A stretch of 63,848 bases of DNA, filler included, from Lama guanicoe (GCA_013239625.1; 194 parts of 194 records of this genome joined end to end with filler, not necessarily neighbours in it), one strand, 5' to 3'. Shown: positions 11,745-25,342, counted from the first letter of the whole stretch. Numbers and translations are program-made. Notes: generated by a model not told the origin, from the sequence alone.

Positions 11745-14476
11745 NNNNNNNNNNNNNNNNNNNNNNNNNNNNNNNNNNNNNNNNNNNNTTAATTAATTAA
11801 NNNNNNNNNNNNNNNNNNNNNNNNNNNNNNNNNNNNNNNNNNNNGGTGGGGTGGGGTGGGGTGGGGGGAGGGGCAGCGAGCTCACCTGTTGTGCGTCTGC
11901 CTCTGTCTCAAATGTAATAAACCAATTATCATTATAGGCAAATTCACAGTTTATGAACTTTGGTAAGTTGTCTCCTTTAAATAGTGCTTCTACTTCCTAC
12001 AGGAAAGAGGTCAGAAGTTAATTAAATTCCCAGCTGTGCCACCATTTGTCCTCCCTAAACAGAAATGACACACNNNNNNNNNNNNNNNNNNNNNNNNNNN
12101 NNNNNNNNNNNNNNNNNTTAATTAATTAANNNNNNNNNNNNNNNNNNNNNNNNNNNNNNNNNNNNNNNNNNNNTTACTGAATAAATTAACAATTGCCAGG
12201 CACTGTTCTAAGAGGTGAATGAGACAAACAAAATGCCTGTTCCTTCTAGAGTTTATCTTTTGTGAAGATCAGGGAAAAGGAACCTGAGGGGAACATGAGA
12301 TTGAAGAGGTTTCTTTACTTCCCTATTTCCCACAGCCTTTACTCTGCTATACATACAGTGAAAGCTGGTGGAGAACCCTCCGTCCCCTCAACTGAACATC
12401 TGNNNNNNNNNNNNNNNNNNNNNNNNNNNNNNNNNNNNNNNNNNNNTTAATTAATTAANNNNNNNNNNNNNNNNNNNNNNNNNNNNNNNNNNNNNNNNNN
12501 NNACCCAACTCCTCTTGGAGAGTATCTTAGGTAATGGTGTGTGACAGGATTTTTATTTGAGTTTTCAAATAAATAATAAAGAAAGAAAATACCCTAATAA
12601 AATAAAACCTTCAGTAGTGAAGTCTTACTGTATGTTTTCCACAGAAAAGCTCTTTAGATTATTCTGACAGGAAGTTCTTTAGGATGACTGTAGAACAGAG
12701 TGGAATAGAGCAGTACGTAGAATTTTTTTTTNNNNNNNNNNNNNNNNNNNNNNNNNNNNNNNNNNNNNNNNNNNNTTAATTAATTAANNNNNNNNNNNNN
12801 NNNNNNNNNNNNNNNNNNNNNNNNNNNNNNNGCTTCTCAGTGGGCCCTCGACCTGGAAGACCAGGATCCCAGGGGAGGAGGCCAGCGGGCGGGCCTGTCC
12901 CACTGGACCTGCCCTGGTCCACTTTCCCAGAGCTCTGTTGTCCCCAGGCCTGTGGTTTGTCTGCGTGACCACTAGATGTCAGTGGCCCCTCATGCTGTGG
13001 CCCCCGTCCTCTAAGCACCCGGCTGCCTCCCTGAGATCCCACCAGGTGGGCCCCGCCGGTNNNNNNNNNNNNNNNNNNNNNNNNNNNNNNNNNNNNNNNN
13101 NNNNTTAATTAATTAANNNNNNNNNNNNNNNNNNNNNNNNNNNNNNNNNNNNNNNNNNNNTCTGTTCCTATCCGATCAACAAGTAGCTTGTCTGTAGGAT
13201 GTGGCAACCTTGGAATCTAGTCCATATCGCATCATGATAAAGAGTCTTGTCATTCCCTGCAACCTATCGCAATAGGCTTAACTGAATATCATAAACTAAA
13301 CCTCAAAGAGATGCCAGTTAGGAAATAAGCCTAAAAATCGTTCAGAAGAAACATCCAAAACCAAAAATAATTTATTAAAACTTCAAATTNNNNNNNNNNN
13401 NNNNNNNNNNNNNNNNNNNNNNNNNNNNNNNNNTTAATTAATTAANNNNNNNNNNNNNNNNNNNNNNNNNNNNNNNNNNNNNNNNNNNNATGAAGCTTTT
13501 TATGCACATACTTTAAAACTGGTTACTTAAAAAAAAAAGTCTTCATCTGAGGAATTGCACACCTAGCTCTCTTTTCTTTTAGACTTGCCTTTTTATGGAG
13601 TTGTCTTTCCATACTGGACTTCGTTTTTTCCCCACGTACAAAACTTTGAGAGTTCACCAATACATTCAGTCTGATAAAGTGCATGTGCTTCGAGCCCATA
13701 GATGATTTTCTGAGTTAANNNNNNNNNNNNNNNNNNNNNNNNNNNNNNNNNNNNNNNNNNNNTTAATTAATTAANNNNNNNNNNNNNNNNNNNNNNNNNN
13801 NNNNNNNNNNNNNNNNNNTCCTCATTTAATTACGTGGTTATCTCCCGGACCAGCGTTCTTTGAAAAATGGGGAAAAAAGACCGACCACCCTATCTGTTCC
13901 AGATGCAAATGCAATTAATACAGGAGGTGAGGGGAGCTGCTCAGGGCCTTCCCACGGGCTCTCCCCGAGAAGCACCCTCCAGAATCCAGACTCCAAACCT
14001 CAAGAGCTAGGCAGGTCCCTGTGTGACCCCGATGTGCTGTGTGACTGNNNNNNNNNNNNNNNNNNNNNNNNNNNNNNNNNNNNNNNNNNNNTTAATTAAT
14101 TAANNNNNNNNNNNNNNNNNNNNNNNNNNNNNNNNNNNNNNNNNNNNAAGAAAAAGTTATTTTAATAGGCAAGAGTCTATTTTCAAGGAGTGTAAGAAAG
14201 GTTGTGAAGAACCTAAAAATAATATAATAAAAACAATAAAATGGCAAGAGGTTTTTTTTGGGGGGGGTTGGATTTTTTTAGCCTAGAATATAGTAGAACA
14301 GCATAGAAGGGAGTACTATTAGAGGCCGGGTGGCAGCTGTATTCTTTCCAAGACTAAAGGGAAAACTTAGGGCCTANNNNNNNNNNNNNNNNNNNNNNNN
14401 NNNNNNNNNNNNNNNNNNNNTTAATTAATTAANNNNNNNNNNNNNNNNNNNNNNNNNNNNNNNNNNNNNNNNNNNN

Positions 14477-14705
14477 TCTTTCTGATAGTTTGTTATTAGT
14501 ATATAGAAATGCAATAGATTTCTATGTATTAATTTTATATCCTGCAGCTTTACTAAGTTCGTTTGTTAGTTCTAATAGTGTTTTGAGGATTTTCTATTTA
14601 TAGGATCATACTAGCTGTAAATAGTGACAGTTTTACTTTTTCCTCTTTAATTTGTTTGGCTTTTTTCTTTTCCTTGCCTAATTGCTATAGCTGCGACCTC
14701 TAACA
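14477..14705 (-). mobile_element. LINE-1 ORF2 (RT region) fragment, degenerate
   Basis: tttgttattagtatatagaaatgcaatagatttct...tatcctgcagctttact...aaatagtgacagttttactt is antisense L1 ORF2. Confidence 0.85.
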
Positions 14706-15134
14706 NNNNNNNNNNNNNNNNNNNNNNNNNNNNNNNNNNNNNNNNNNNNTTAATTAATTAANNNNNNNNNNNNNNNNNNNNNNNNNNNNNNNNNNNNNNN
14801 NNNNNTGTAGTGACCTCCCTCTGTCTCACCAACGTCCACTTGTCCTTTGTACAACGTGCCTGGCCACGGGAGGCTTTGAATCTGGGGTCCCTCGTTGAAA
14901 CGCTAAATGTTTGAGACTGGAGACGTATACATAATTCAGGAGCCCAGCCCCACCCACTAAAGCGAAAACGTGGACAAAAACGTGTATGAAAACGTGGAAG
15001 ACACAGGGGTGAGCGCTCAACCTCACTTACAACANNNNNNNNNNNNNNNNNNNNNNNNNNNNNNNNNNNNNNNNNNNNTTAATTAATTAANNNNNNNNNN
15101 NNNNNNNNNNNNNNNNNNNNNNNNNNNNNNNNNN

Positions 15135-15363
15135 TGCAGGCAGTTGTGCTGGGGGCCAGCACCCACTGACCAGCATGCCCACAGCAATCATGGCCCAAGG
15201 ACATCAGGAGGGTGTACATGCAGTCCCAAAAGGGGATACCTCCAGAGCACCTGGCTCTGGTAACCAGGGGGGACTGCATCACTGAGACCTGCAGGACACC
15301 TTTACATAAGGCCTCTCTTTAAAGACAGGAAGACATAGCTAATACACTGAATGGATAGAAACA
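15135..15363 (+). mobile_element. LINE-1 (L1M) 5'UTR immediately upstream of ORF1
   Basis: gagcacctggctctggtaaccaggggggactgc...tacataaggcc...gacatagct...atagaaaca resembles recalled L1M 5' sequence. Confidence 0.6.
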
Positions 15364-16450
15364 NNNNNNNNNNNNNNNNNNNNNNNNNNNNNNNNNNNNN
15401 NNNNNNNTTAATTAATTAANNNNNNNNNNNNNNNNNNNNNNNNNNNNNNNNNNNNNNNNNNNNGGGTACCCGACTTGGAGAACAGGGTGCAGGCTAGAAT
15501 TCAGCACCTCTCAGCACCCAGCCCTGGCGGTCCATCTGAGCAACTGCATGTGGAAATCCTGCTCCATTGTCTGCAGCCCTCCTGGAAATCATACCAGGTC
15601 CTCATGGCATCGGGGAGAGAGGAGGGGCAGGGAGAGAGAACACGGTTTGTTGGACAACCCTGGGCAAGTCACTTTATTTGGAGGCGATTCCTNNNNNNNN
15701 NNNNNNNNNNNNNNNNNNNNNNNNNNNNNNNNNNNNTTAATTAATTAANNNNNNNNNNNNNNNNNNNNNNNNNNNNNNNNNNNNNNNNNNNNAATACTGG
15801 GAAGGAGAATATTCAACTTCTGGGCCACAAAACATCTCAGGGACCTAGGGAAACATAACCAGAGCCCCTTAAATCTTTTATTACTTCTTGGTTTTATAGA
15901 GAAGATTCAGGCCTGTGGAGAAGCCTGCTTACCTACTGGCAACAGAGAAAGAGGAAGGACCTGCTTCTCTGTGATTGAACTGTCAGGATCACAGCTAACC
16001 TCCATCAGTCTCTGGATTTTCNNNNNNNNNNNNNNNNNNNNNNNNNNNNNNNNNNNNNNNNNNNNTTAATTAATTAANNNNNNNNNNNNNNNNNNNNNNN
16101 NNNNNNNNNNNNNNNNNNNNNTTGCTCTCCCAAATGGAAGAAGCAGTATATTCCATGTGTCCTACTGACTTTTCTCACTAGTCTGTAAAAATCATTAGCA
16201 TTTATCCTCAATATGGAACACTGTACTGAAATATTAGCATATATTTTAAATTTCTAGAACACATCCAGGGGGACTATACTTTGTGTGTTTTTGCCATTTA
16301 GCAATCATTTACATCAATAAAAAGCCATAAAGTCAAGGAGCTTTTTTTTTNNNNNNNNNNNNNNNNNNNNNNNNNNNNNNNNNNNNNNNNNNNNTTAATT
16401 AATTAANNNNNNNNNNNNNNNNNNNNNNNNNNNNNNNNNNNNNNNNNNNN

Positions 16451-16679
16451 GCTTAACAGAGTTTAATAAGTAATATCCAGGATAACTATTTCTAAATACA
16501 TTCCAGAACAGACCACAAGAATATTAATAGGAATACAAAATGTGCGTCAGCCAACATGGTAATATTCACTGTGTTTAGCATCCATTCAAAAGTTTTCCTG
16601 CATGCAAACATGTAGGAAAATACAACTCTTAGGAGAAAAAAAATCAGTTGCCATTAACCCAGAAATAAAAGTGCTAGAA
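16451..16679 (+). mobile_element. Old LINE-1 5'/ORF1-start fragment
   Basis: gcatccattcaaaag...catgcaaa...ggaaaat...gagaaaaaaaatcag...aacccagaaat resembles L1MD/ME ORF1 start. Confidence 0.5.
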
Positions 16680-17108
16680 NNNNNNNNNNNNNNNNNNNNN
16701 NNNNNNNNNNNNNNNNNNNNNNNTTAATTAATTAANNNNNNNNNNNNNNNNNNNNNNNNNNNNNNNNNNNNNNNNNNNNGGGAAGCACGAACACTGTGTC
16801 TTGGGTTGCTCACCTGTTGAGGACCCTGTGGGGCCTCCCAGGGCCCTCGGGTGAAGCCCAGGCTCTTTAACATGACTTCCAGGCTCCCTCTGCAGCCCTG
16901 CAGTGGACGGCATGTTAAGGGACATGAGCATCACTAAAGGGAGCCTCTGCCTGTGCTCTTCCCTCAGCCTGGGAACCTGCCAACCCTTGCCGCTCCTTAG
17001 GGCCCCGGNNNNNNNNNNNNNNNNNNNNNNNNNNNNNNNNNNNNNNNNNNNNTTAATTAATTAANNNNNNNNNNNNNNNNNNNNNNNNNNNNNNNNNNNN
17101 NNNNNNNN

Positions 17109-17337
17109 ATGAACCAAAAACTGATAGAACTAGAAAGAAAAATAAACAAGTCCATAATCATTATTGATTTTTAATATCCCTCTCCTAATAGTTGATATAA
17201 GACAAAAAAAAGATAATCTTAACAACACAACCCAATATTCTGCACCTAACTGACAATTACAGAATCCTAGATCTGACAGCTGCAGTACACATTCTTTTCA
17301 AGAACATACAGAATAGTCACCATGATACAATCAATGC
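17109..17337 (+). mobile_element. LINE-1 ORF2 endonuclease fragment, degenerate
   Basis: aaaaactgatagaact...aaataaacaagtccataatc...acctaactgacaattacagaa...tacacattcttttcaag. Confidence 0.8.
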
Positions 17338-18424
17338 NNNNNNNNNNNNNNNNNNNNNNNNNNNNNNNNNNNNNNNNNNNNTTAATTAATTAANNNNNNN
17401 NNNNNNNNNNNNNNNNNNNNNNNNNNNNNNNNNNNNNACTTGTTATATTCCTTTACATTGTTAGTATATTCTGGTAATATAATGACTCCCTAAGTACAGG
17501 CTGTTTTGATTTGGTTCTGATCCTGGATGTTCAAATGATAACAATAAAGAAAGGTGAACTAGGAAAAACTGAGGGTAAGGTGGGTGTGAAATAAAGTTGA
17601 CACCCAGCAGTTCCTATGGAACATGGATGGATGTCTTCTCTGCCCCACGAGCAGTTTACAGAGTGGNNNNNNNNNNNNNNNNNNNNNNNNNNNNNNNNNN
17701 NNNNNNNNNNTTAATTAATTAANNNNNNNNNNNNNNNNNNNNNNNNNNNNNNNNNNNNNNNNNNNNGGGGGGGTGCAGATGGCCTCGCATTTCAGAGTCC
17801 TGGATACGAGGTGAGGAGCCGGGGTGTGGTCCACACGCATCCGGGACCCCCCGAGGGGCTAGCGAAGCCAGCGGTTTCTAGCGGTGGGGGCTTGGCCTGC
17901 GCCAGGGGGCGATGGAGGGCGCAGCGCCCCTGGGGCCCCTCTGCTCAACTAACTGAGGAAAGAGGGGTGGACCCCAGTCATGCCAGAGTCTCTCTNNNNN
18001 NNNNNNNNNNNNNNNNNNNNNNNNNNNNNNNNNNNNNNNTTAATTAATTAANNNNNNNNNNNNNNNNNNNNNNNNNNNNNNNNNNNNNNNNNNNNAAAAA
18101 AAAAAAAATTCTGGTAGCAGATGTAAATGATTCTGGAACACAGAGTGATGTAAAAGTATACAAATATATTGAGAAGTGTATAAACAACGACTGGATGTGA
18201 CCAATACGTGTTAGGTGATTTTTCATCCAGAGAGTTTTTCCTTCTTAGGCTTGGTCAGTTGGGAAACACACACATGAAAAAATTATCTCATATAAGGCCT
18301 AAAAATGACTTTAGAAATACTCCTNNNNNNNNNNNNNNNNNNNNNNNNNNNNNNNNNNNNNNNNNNNNTTAATTAATTAANNNNNNNNNNNNNNNNNNNN
18401 NNNNNNNNNNNNNNNNNNNNNNNN

Positions 18425-18653
18425 GTAAATTGGTGCAGCCACTGTGGAAAACAGTATTGAAGTTTCTCAAAAAACTAAAAACAGAACTACCATATGACCC
18501 AAAGTTCCACTCCTGGATATGTCTCCAACCACCCCCCTCAAAGAAAACACCAAAAAGCAAAAACCCGTAAACACTAATTCAAAAAGGTACACACCCCACA
18601 ATGTTCATAGCAGGTTATTTCAATTGCCAGGATGTGCGTGTGTGTGTGTGTGT
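18425..18653 (+). mobile_element. LINE-1 ORF2 3' fragment ending in (GT)n
   Basis: gtaaattggtgcagccactgtggaaaacagta...ctcaaaaaactaaaaacagaactaccatatgaccca...ccactcctgg. Confidence 0.9.
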
Positions 18654-18753
18654 NNNNNNNNNNNNNNNNNNNNNNNNNNNNNNNNNNNNNNNNNNNNTTA
18701 ATTAATTAANNNNNNNNNNNNNNNNNNNNNNNNNNNNNNNNNNNNNNNNNNNN

Positions 18754-18982
18754 TTTTGTGACTGGCTTATTTCAGTTAGCATAATGTCCTCAGGTTTCAT
18801 CTGTGTTGTAGCACGGGTCAGATCTTTTTTTCTTAAGGTTGAATAATATTCCATCGTATGTATAGGTCACATCTTGTTTGGTGAGCGATGCTGCTTTGAG
18901 CATGGGCGTTTGAGTCCTTCCTTTCGTGCCCTGAAGTAGAATTGCTGGGTCATGTGGTGATTCTCTGTCTCATTTTTTTGAG
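18754..18982 (-). mobile_element. LINE-1 3' fragment
   Basis: ttttgtgactggcttatttcagttagcataatgtcctcagg...gaataatattccatcgtatgtata. Confidence 0.85.
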
Positions 18983-20067
18983 NNNNNNNNNNNNNNNNNN
19001 NNNNNNNNNNNNNNNNNNNNNNNNNNTTAATTAATTAANNNNNNNNNNNNNNNNNNNNNNNNNNNNNNNNNNNNNNNNNNNNCCCTTTGTGCTGAATGAA
19101 AGAACGTCTCTCCACATGCTCAGTTCTGAGAAATAAGTGTGTTTTGAAGCCGTCCTTCACGTAACTTGAAGGGAACACAAAGTTTCTATTCAGTTGCAAA
19201 CTCAAGTCCTTACATATATATGGGGAGGAACAAACTCCACTCGGTTTTACAGTTCAAACCGCGGGAACTTCAAACCGGCACTAGGAAACAGACTGAGAAA
19301 CCAGAGTAANNNNNNNNNNNNNNNNNNNNNNNNNNNNNNNNNNNNNNNNNNNNTTAATTAATTAANNNNNNNNNNNNNNNNNNNNNNNNNNNNNNNNNNN
19401 NNNNNNNNNCTCTGTGCTACCTGCCTAAATATGGAGTTATGAAAACACCAGATTTAACGTTCTCATTTTGCAAGTGAAAACCCTGAAGCGCCAAACTCGC
19501 ACAGCGTGTGGAGGAGAGTGGGGAGAGCAGCCATGTCTCCTGACTGCCCATTTGCCCCCCTGCTAGTCTGCCTGCTGCCGGGCCTCAGCTGTTGCTCCAG
19601 CTCAGCCCACAGAACTGTCCTCCTCCTGCGCTCATGAGNNNNNNNNNNNNNNNNNNNNNNNNNNNNNNNNNNNNNNNNNNNNTTAATTAATTAANNNNNN
19701 NNNNNNNNNNNNNNNNNNNNNNNNNNNNNNNNNNNNNNTTTTTTTTTAAGACCTAAATGAATTTATTTTTAAAGTAAATATTACATCCTCATCTCAAGAA
19801 GAAAACGTTTCCTTTTCCATGAATAGAAAGTCACTATCAAATAAATAAAAAATGAAGTGTTGTTGGATTCTAAGTGGATATCTTTGATTGTCAAAGTTTC
19901 TTTGAGCAGTTCCCTTCGATGTAATGGAAAATATGCAAGTGTTAGAGGACAGTTAAACAGTAGCAGTNNNNNNNNNNNNNNNNNNNNNNNNNNNNNNNNN
20001 NNNNNNNNNNNTTAATTAATTAANNNNNNNNNNNNNNNNNNNNNNNNNNNNNNNNNNNNNNNNNNNN

Positions 20068-20296
20068 AGTGATATTTCATTCTATGGCTGTACCACATTT
20101 TGTTTATCCATTCACCTCTTGATGGGCATTTGGGTTGTTTCCAGTTTTTAGTGTGTGTGATTATGAATAAAGTCTTGGTGGTTTTTGAACACTTACATTT
20201 TTTATACATTTGGAACTTATTTTGGTGTGAGGAATGAGATAGGGATCCAACTTTATTTTTGCCAAACCACAAGCTGATTATCTCAACACCATTTAC
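20068..20296 (-). mobile_element. LINE-1 ORF2 3' fragments
   Basis: Antisense translation includes KNWKQPKCPSRGEWINKMWY, the L1 ORF2 C-terminal motif. Confidence 0.85.
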
Positions 20297-21114
20297 NNNN
20301 NNNNNNNNNNNNNNNNNNNNNNNNNNNNNNNNNNNNNNNNTTAATTAATTAANNNNNNNNNNNNNNNNNNNNNNNNNNNNNNNNNNNNNNNNNNNNATTC
20401 TATATATAAAGTATAGCTATATAAGATACATAGATATATAACATATATAAAATATAGGCTATAGCTCTATAGGATATGTATCCTATATTCAGATTTTAGT
20501 TGGTTCGTGATTCTGCTGTACAATACAGTATGTGCAAGATACTCCCCGTTTGGCTAGTTTTTATTTTGGAAATTCATAAGCACCTCGGGTAGACCACATT
20601 TTCTCTGAGAGGAGTCTCATTGGCCNNNNNNNNNNNNNNNNNNNNNNNNNNNNNNNNNNNNNNNNNNNNTTAATTAATTAANNNNNNNNNNNNNNNNNNN
20701 NNNNNNNNNNNNNNNNNNNNNNNNNGCTTTCTGGCATGGTTCCCTTTAAACGGTGCTGGGGAGGCCATCTGCCACCTGGGAATGCTGCTTGACCTGACCT
20801 TGAGGGGGATGCCAGGAAGACAGCCCTGCAAAGTCCAGCTCAAACTTCCTGACATCCCTTTGGGGGTGAACCTTGGACAACGCCACCCACAAATTGTGTT
20901 GGGGGTTTACGGGGAGCTGAGAGCCCTGGGCACACACATTTGTCCTTTGGACTCTNNNNNNNNNNNNNNNNNNNNNNNNNNNNNNNNNNNNNNNNNNNNT
21001 TAATTAATTAANNNNNNNNNNNNNNNNNNNNNNNNNNNNNNNNNNNNNNNNNNNNTCAGAAATTACAATATATGAAGAAGAAAGAATGTATATCCCATAA
21101 CCATAAGAAAAAAA

Positions 21115-21284
21115 TAATGACTGATAAAGGGTTAATACCCAACATTATAAACAGCTCAGACAACTCAACTTAAAAAAAAAGATTAAAAAATGGGCAGTAC
21201 TGAATAGACATTTTTCCAAAGAGGAAACGCAAGCGGCCAACAGGCACATGAAAAGATGCTCAACATTGCTAATCATCAAGGAAA
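21115..21284 (+). mobile_element. LINE-1 ORF2 3' fragment
   Basis: ctgataaagggttaata...aaaaatgggcag...gaatagacatttttccaaagag...gccaacaggcacatgaaaagatgctcaaca. Confidence 0.9.
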
Positions 21285-22374
21285 NNNNNNNNNNNNNNNN
21301 NNNNNNNNNNNNNNNNNNNNNNNNNNNNTTAATTAATTAANNNNNNNNNNNNNNNNNNNNNNNNNNNNNNNNNNNNNNNNNNNNAGAGGAGAGGCCTCCT
21401 TGGGGCACACACGGTGATGGCATCAACTTCTAGGTTCACAAGTAGGTTCTTTTGGGTGTTTCATTTCCATTTAAGCCACAGAAGTGACCCTAGGCAAGAC
21501 CAGGAGGAAAATCACCAAGATTTCAAAACCACAGAATAGAGAAGTAGTAAATCTTTGTTATTTTAAGCCTGTTGCAAAAACTTCTTAAGAAAATAAAGAT
21601 AAGCCAGAGATTTCNNNNNNNNNNNNNNNNNNNNNNNNNNNNNNNNNNNNNNNNNNNNTTAATTAATTAANNNNNNNNNNNNNNNNNNNNNNNNNNNNNN
21701 NNNNNNNNNNNNNNGCCTGCCCCGAATGGGTGTCGGGCCTCCCTCCGTCCTCTCTGGGTCCCCAAGGCCATCAGCTGCGCCTGCCCTGGTTTGTAAACCA
21801 CCTGCGGCGGACAGGCGTCTTCCCGGTGCCTGCCTGCCCTGCGGTGAGCCCGCGGCCTCCGTCTGACGCATTCTGACCCCACTTGACGGGACCCCGGGAG
21901 GACCCTGGCCGACCCCGGGCCCGCTGAGCCCCTGCTCCCCCTCCNNNNNNNNNNNNNNNNNNNNNNNNNNNNNNNNNNNNNNNNNNNNTTAATTAATTAA
22001 NNNNNNNNNNNNNNNNNNNNNNNNNNNNNNNNNNNNNNNNNNNNTCATTACTACTTTGTCATGAAAAATTCCCGGTGCCCTGGAGCACAGGGGCATCAAA
22101 TTAGCCTCGACGCTCATCACAGAGCAAAGGGCGATTTGGCTGCGGTTCTCGGACACAAGTCTTTGATCCATCGTCTTGTTCTCCACCGCGGGCGAGGTCT
22201 GCTTTTCAGAGCCTGGGGCCCGCCTGCTGCCCTCTGAAAGGTCTGAAGTCACAGAGGGCCCTGCGGCTGCAGCGNNNNNNNNNNNNNNNNNNNNNNNNNN
22301 NNNNNNNNNNNNNNNNNNTTAATTAATTAANNNNNNNNNNNNNNNNNNNNNNNNNNNNNNNNNNNNNNNNNNNN

Positions 22375-22603
22375 CATTTACAAAACAGAAACAGACTCGC
22401 AGACATAGTAAACAATCTTATGGGGGAAGGAGTTTGGAAGGAATAAATTTGGGAGTCTGAGATTTGCAAATATTAATGACTATATATAAAAATAGATAAA
22501 AAAGCAAATTTCTTCTGTATAACACAGGGAACTATACTCAATATCTTATAATAGCCTTTAATGAAAAATAATATGAAAACAAATATATGTATGTATATGC
22601 ATG
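22375..22603 (+). mobile_element. LINE-1 3'UTR (artiodactyl-type)
   Basis: tacaaaacagaaacagactcgcagacatag...ctgtataacacagggaactatactcaatatctt. Confidence 0.85.
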
Positions 22604-23774
22604 NNNNNNNNNNNNNNNNNNNNNNNNNNNNNNNNNNNNNNNNNNNNTTAATTAATTAANNNNNNNNNNNNNNNNNNNNNNNNNNNNNNNNNNNNNNNNN
22701 NNNGGATCACTTAATCAAGGTAGTGTTTGCCAGGTTGTTTTATTTCTTTTTTGTCTTGTAGCATCATCTGTCTTCATTAGGACTGTTTCTGGTCATTGCT
22801 CCAATTTGTTAGTGCCGGTTTTTTTTTATCTGCTCAAGCAAAGTTTATTACATGCCAGCAAAATGCATGTCCTAGAAAAGGAGAGAAGATGGCACTCCAG
22901 AACAGGGTAGGTGCAAATGGTAAGCTGTATAGANNNNNNNNNNNNNNNNNNNNNNNNNNNNNNNNNNNNNNNNNNNNTTAATTAATTAANNNNNNNNNNN
23001 NNNNNNNNNNNNNNNNNNNNNNNNNNNNNNNNNTTCTCTGGGGACAGCGACAGGGAAACTCCTACCATGAGGAAGTGTGGCTGGAGGAGTCCAGTAGCTG
23101 AATCCTCCAGAGATTTATGACTTTAGTGGGACAGGATCCGGTGAGGTCCTAGAAATGTCTGCTCCAGGCCTATACGCATGGGGCAGTAGCAGAGGAGTCT
23201 GTCACCACCAAATTGCAAAACAAGCAAGGAATATGAAAGAGAAGTGTATTTATACTGAATGAANNNNNNNNNNNNNNNNNNNNNNNNNNNNNNNNNNNNN
23301 NNNNNNNTTAATTAATTAANNNNNNNNNNNNNNNNNNNNNNNNNNNNNNNNNNNNNNNNNNNNTGCTCGGCGAGGTGGGACCACCACACGGAAGCTGCGT
23401 TATCCTGGAACATGAGCACCGTCTGCCGAAACTCCAACTTTCGTTAAAGTTTCAGCCACAGCCAAGGAAACCCCACACCAAAACAGCCTTGCCAGGACCC
23501 CAGCCGCCCGCTCTGGGGGTAGAGATAAGGAACAGCAGCCTGCAACCTGCTCATTCGTGTTTTACCTTGCGAAACTCTCTGTTACACATGGTGNNNNNNN
23601 NNNNNNNNNNNNNNNNNNNNNNNNNNNNNNNNNNNNNTTAATTAATTAANNNNNNNNNNNNNNNNNNNNNNNNNNNNNNNNNNNNNNNNNNNNAGACAGG
23701 CCTGGGTACTAAGTCTCAGCCAGTGTGTGGCTGAGTTGAGAGCGTGTGGGCAAGTCCTGTGTGGGAGCTGCTGG

Positions 23775-23815
23775 TGTCTCCATTTTGCAGATGAGGAAAC
23801 TCAGGCTCAGAGGAT
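23775..23815 (-). mobile_element. MIR SINE core
   Basis: ctccattttgcagatgaggaaactcaggctcagagg. Confidence 0.75.
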
Positions 23816-24734
23816 GGGTTGGTTGCTGAAGTGGGAGTGCCCCAAGGCTGACAGTCGATCCCCTTCCTTCCACCAGGACGGGCTTGCAGCTGGGAGTGGA
23901 TGGTGAGGGGAGATAGGATGTGGNNNNNNNNNNNNNNNNNNNNNNNNNNNNNNNNNNNNNNNNNNNNTTAATTAATTAANNNNNNNNNNNNNNNNNNNNN
24001 NNNNNNNNNNNNNNNNNNNNNNNAATTTCAGGGATTCCAGGGAGAGGAGACAGCACATTCAACGCACTAAGGTATCATGATGTGCTCAGAGAACGCACTT
24101 CAGTGTGACTAGAGAGCAAGACAGGTGGCAGGAGGGGGCACTGCCAAATCAGGCCCAGCCCAGGTGAGCACAGGTCTTCCTTTCTGCCACATTAAGTTTA
24201 GGTCTCGTCTCTGAGGCAATTGTAGAATTCGTACCACAAGGATTTTTTTTTTTNNNNNNNNNNNNNNNNNNNNNNNNNNNNNNNNNNNNNNNNNNNNTTA
24301 ATTAATTAANNNNNNNNNNNNNNNNNNNNNNNNNNNNNNNNNNNNNNNNNNNNGTATGGTGACAAAAGTTAACGAGACTAATGGGGGTGATCGTTTTGCA
24401 GTGTGCACAAACATCACACAAGTGTGCTGTTCATCTGAAACTGACGTCGGCCATACCTCCGTAAAAATAGCACGTAAAGAAGTGTACATCTGGAAGCTTC
24501 CTTCTCGTGAGCTGAGTGCGATGATCCACCTGCTGGCCCCAGAGCAAACCTTTAAATCACGCTGCCTGTGGGTGTTCGTTGCCNNNNNNNNNNNNNNNNN
24601 NNNNNNNNNNNNNNNNNNNNNNNNNNNTTAATTAATTAANNNNNNNNNNNNNNNNNNNNNNNNNNNNNNNNNNNNNNNNNNNNCTCACAGAGTCACCCAC
24701 CGCAGCCAGGCCAGCAGCACCTACAATGTCCCCA

Positions 24735-24913
24735 ATGGCTCGACCCTTGTCTGTACTCATGGCCCTGGTGGCGCTCAGCTGTCACTCCATCTGCTCGCTG
24801 GGGTGTGACCTGCCTCAGACCCACAGCCTGGCCACCAGGAGGACCTTGATGCTCCTGGGACAAATGAGGAGAATCTCCCCCTCCTCCTGCCTGAAGGACA
24901 GACAGGACTTTGG
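24735..24913 (+). CDS. IFNA: Interferon alpha, 5' part (signal peptide plus N-terminal mature region; truncated by contig end)
   Basis: [59 protein letters not shown]: 23-aa signal peptide, canonical CDLPQTH mature N-terminus and CLKDR motif. An extra in-frame ATG lies at 24726. Confidence 0.95.
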
Positions 24914-25342
24914 NNNNNNNNNNNNNNNNNNNNNNNNNNNNNNNNNNNNNNNNNNNNTTAATTAATTAANNNNNNNNNNNNNNNNNNNNNNNNNNNNNNN
25001 NNNNNNNNNNNNNATCACAAAAGAGAGAAGCTTATTCCCTGAAAATGTTCAATGTGGATTTTACTAAACTTAATGGATCTGGTCAGAATCTCATGAATAT
25101 AAATGTCTGAGTGGATGGCTACACAGCAACATGAATTCTGAGTTGTAACAACACATATTCTGTGTAACTATTCTTCAAGGTTGTCTGCTTAATGCAATTT
25201 ACCTAGTCCCTGTCTCACTAGAATGATACAGATTTCATTAAANNNNNNNNNNNNNNNNNNNNNNNNNNNNNNNNNNNNNNNNNNNNTTAATTAATTAANN
25301 NNNNNNNNNNNNNNNNNNNNNNNNNNNNNNNNNNNNNNNNNN

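Noticed and set aside
13161..13389. Possible contaminant or coding fragment (several CpGs in AT-rich DNA)
   Set aside because: The minus-strand frames I translated contain stops and show no recognisable homology, so no call can be supported without a search.
8575..24913. Immune gene cluster (SIRP-beta-like plus IFNA)
   Set aside because: These are separate, unlinked contigs placed together only by length sorting.
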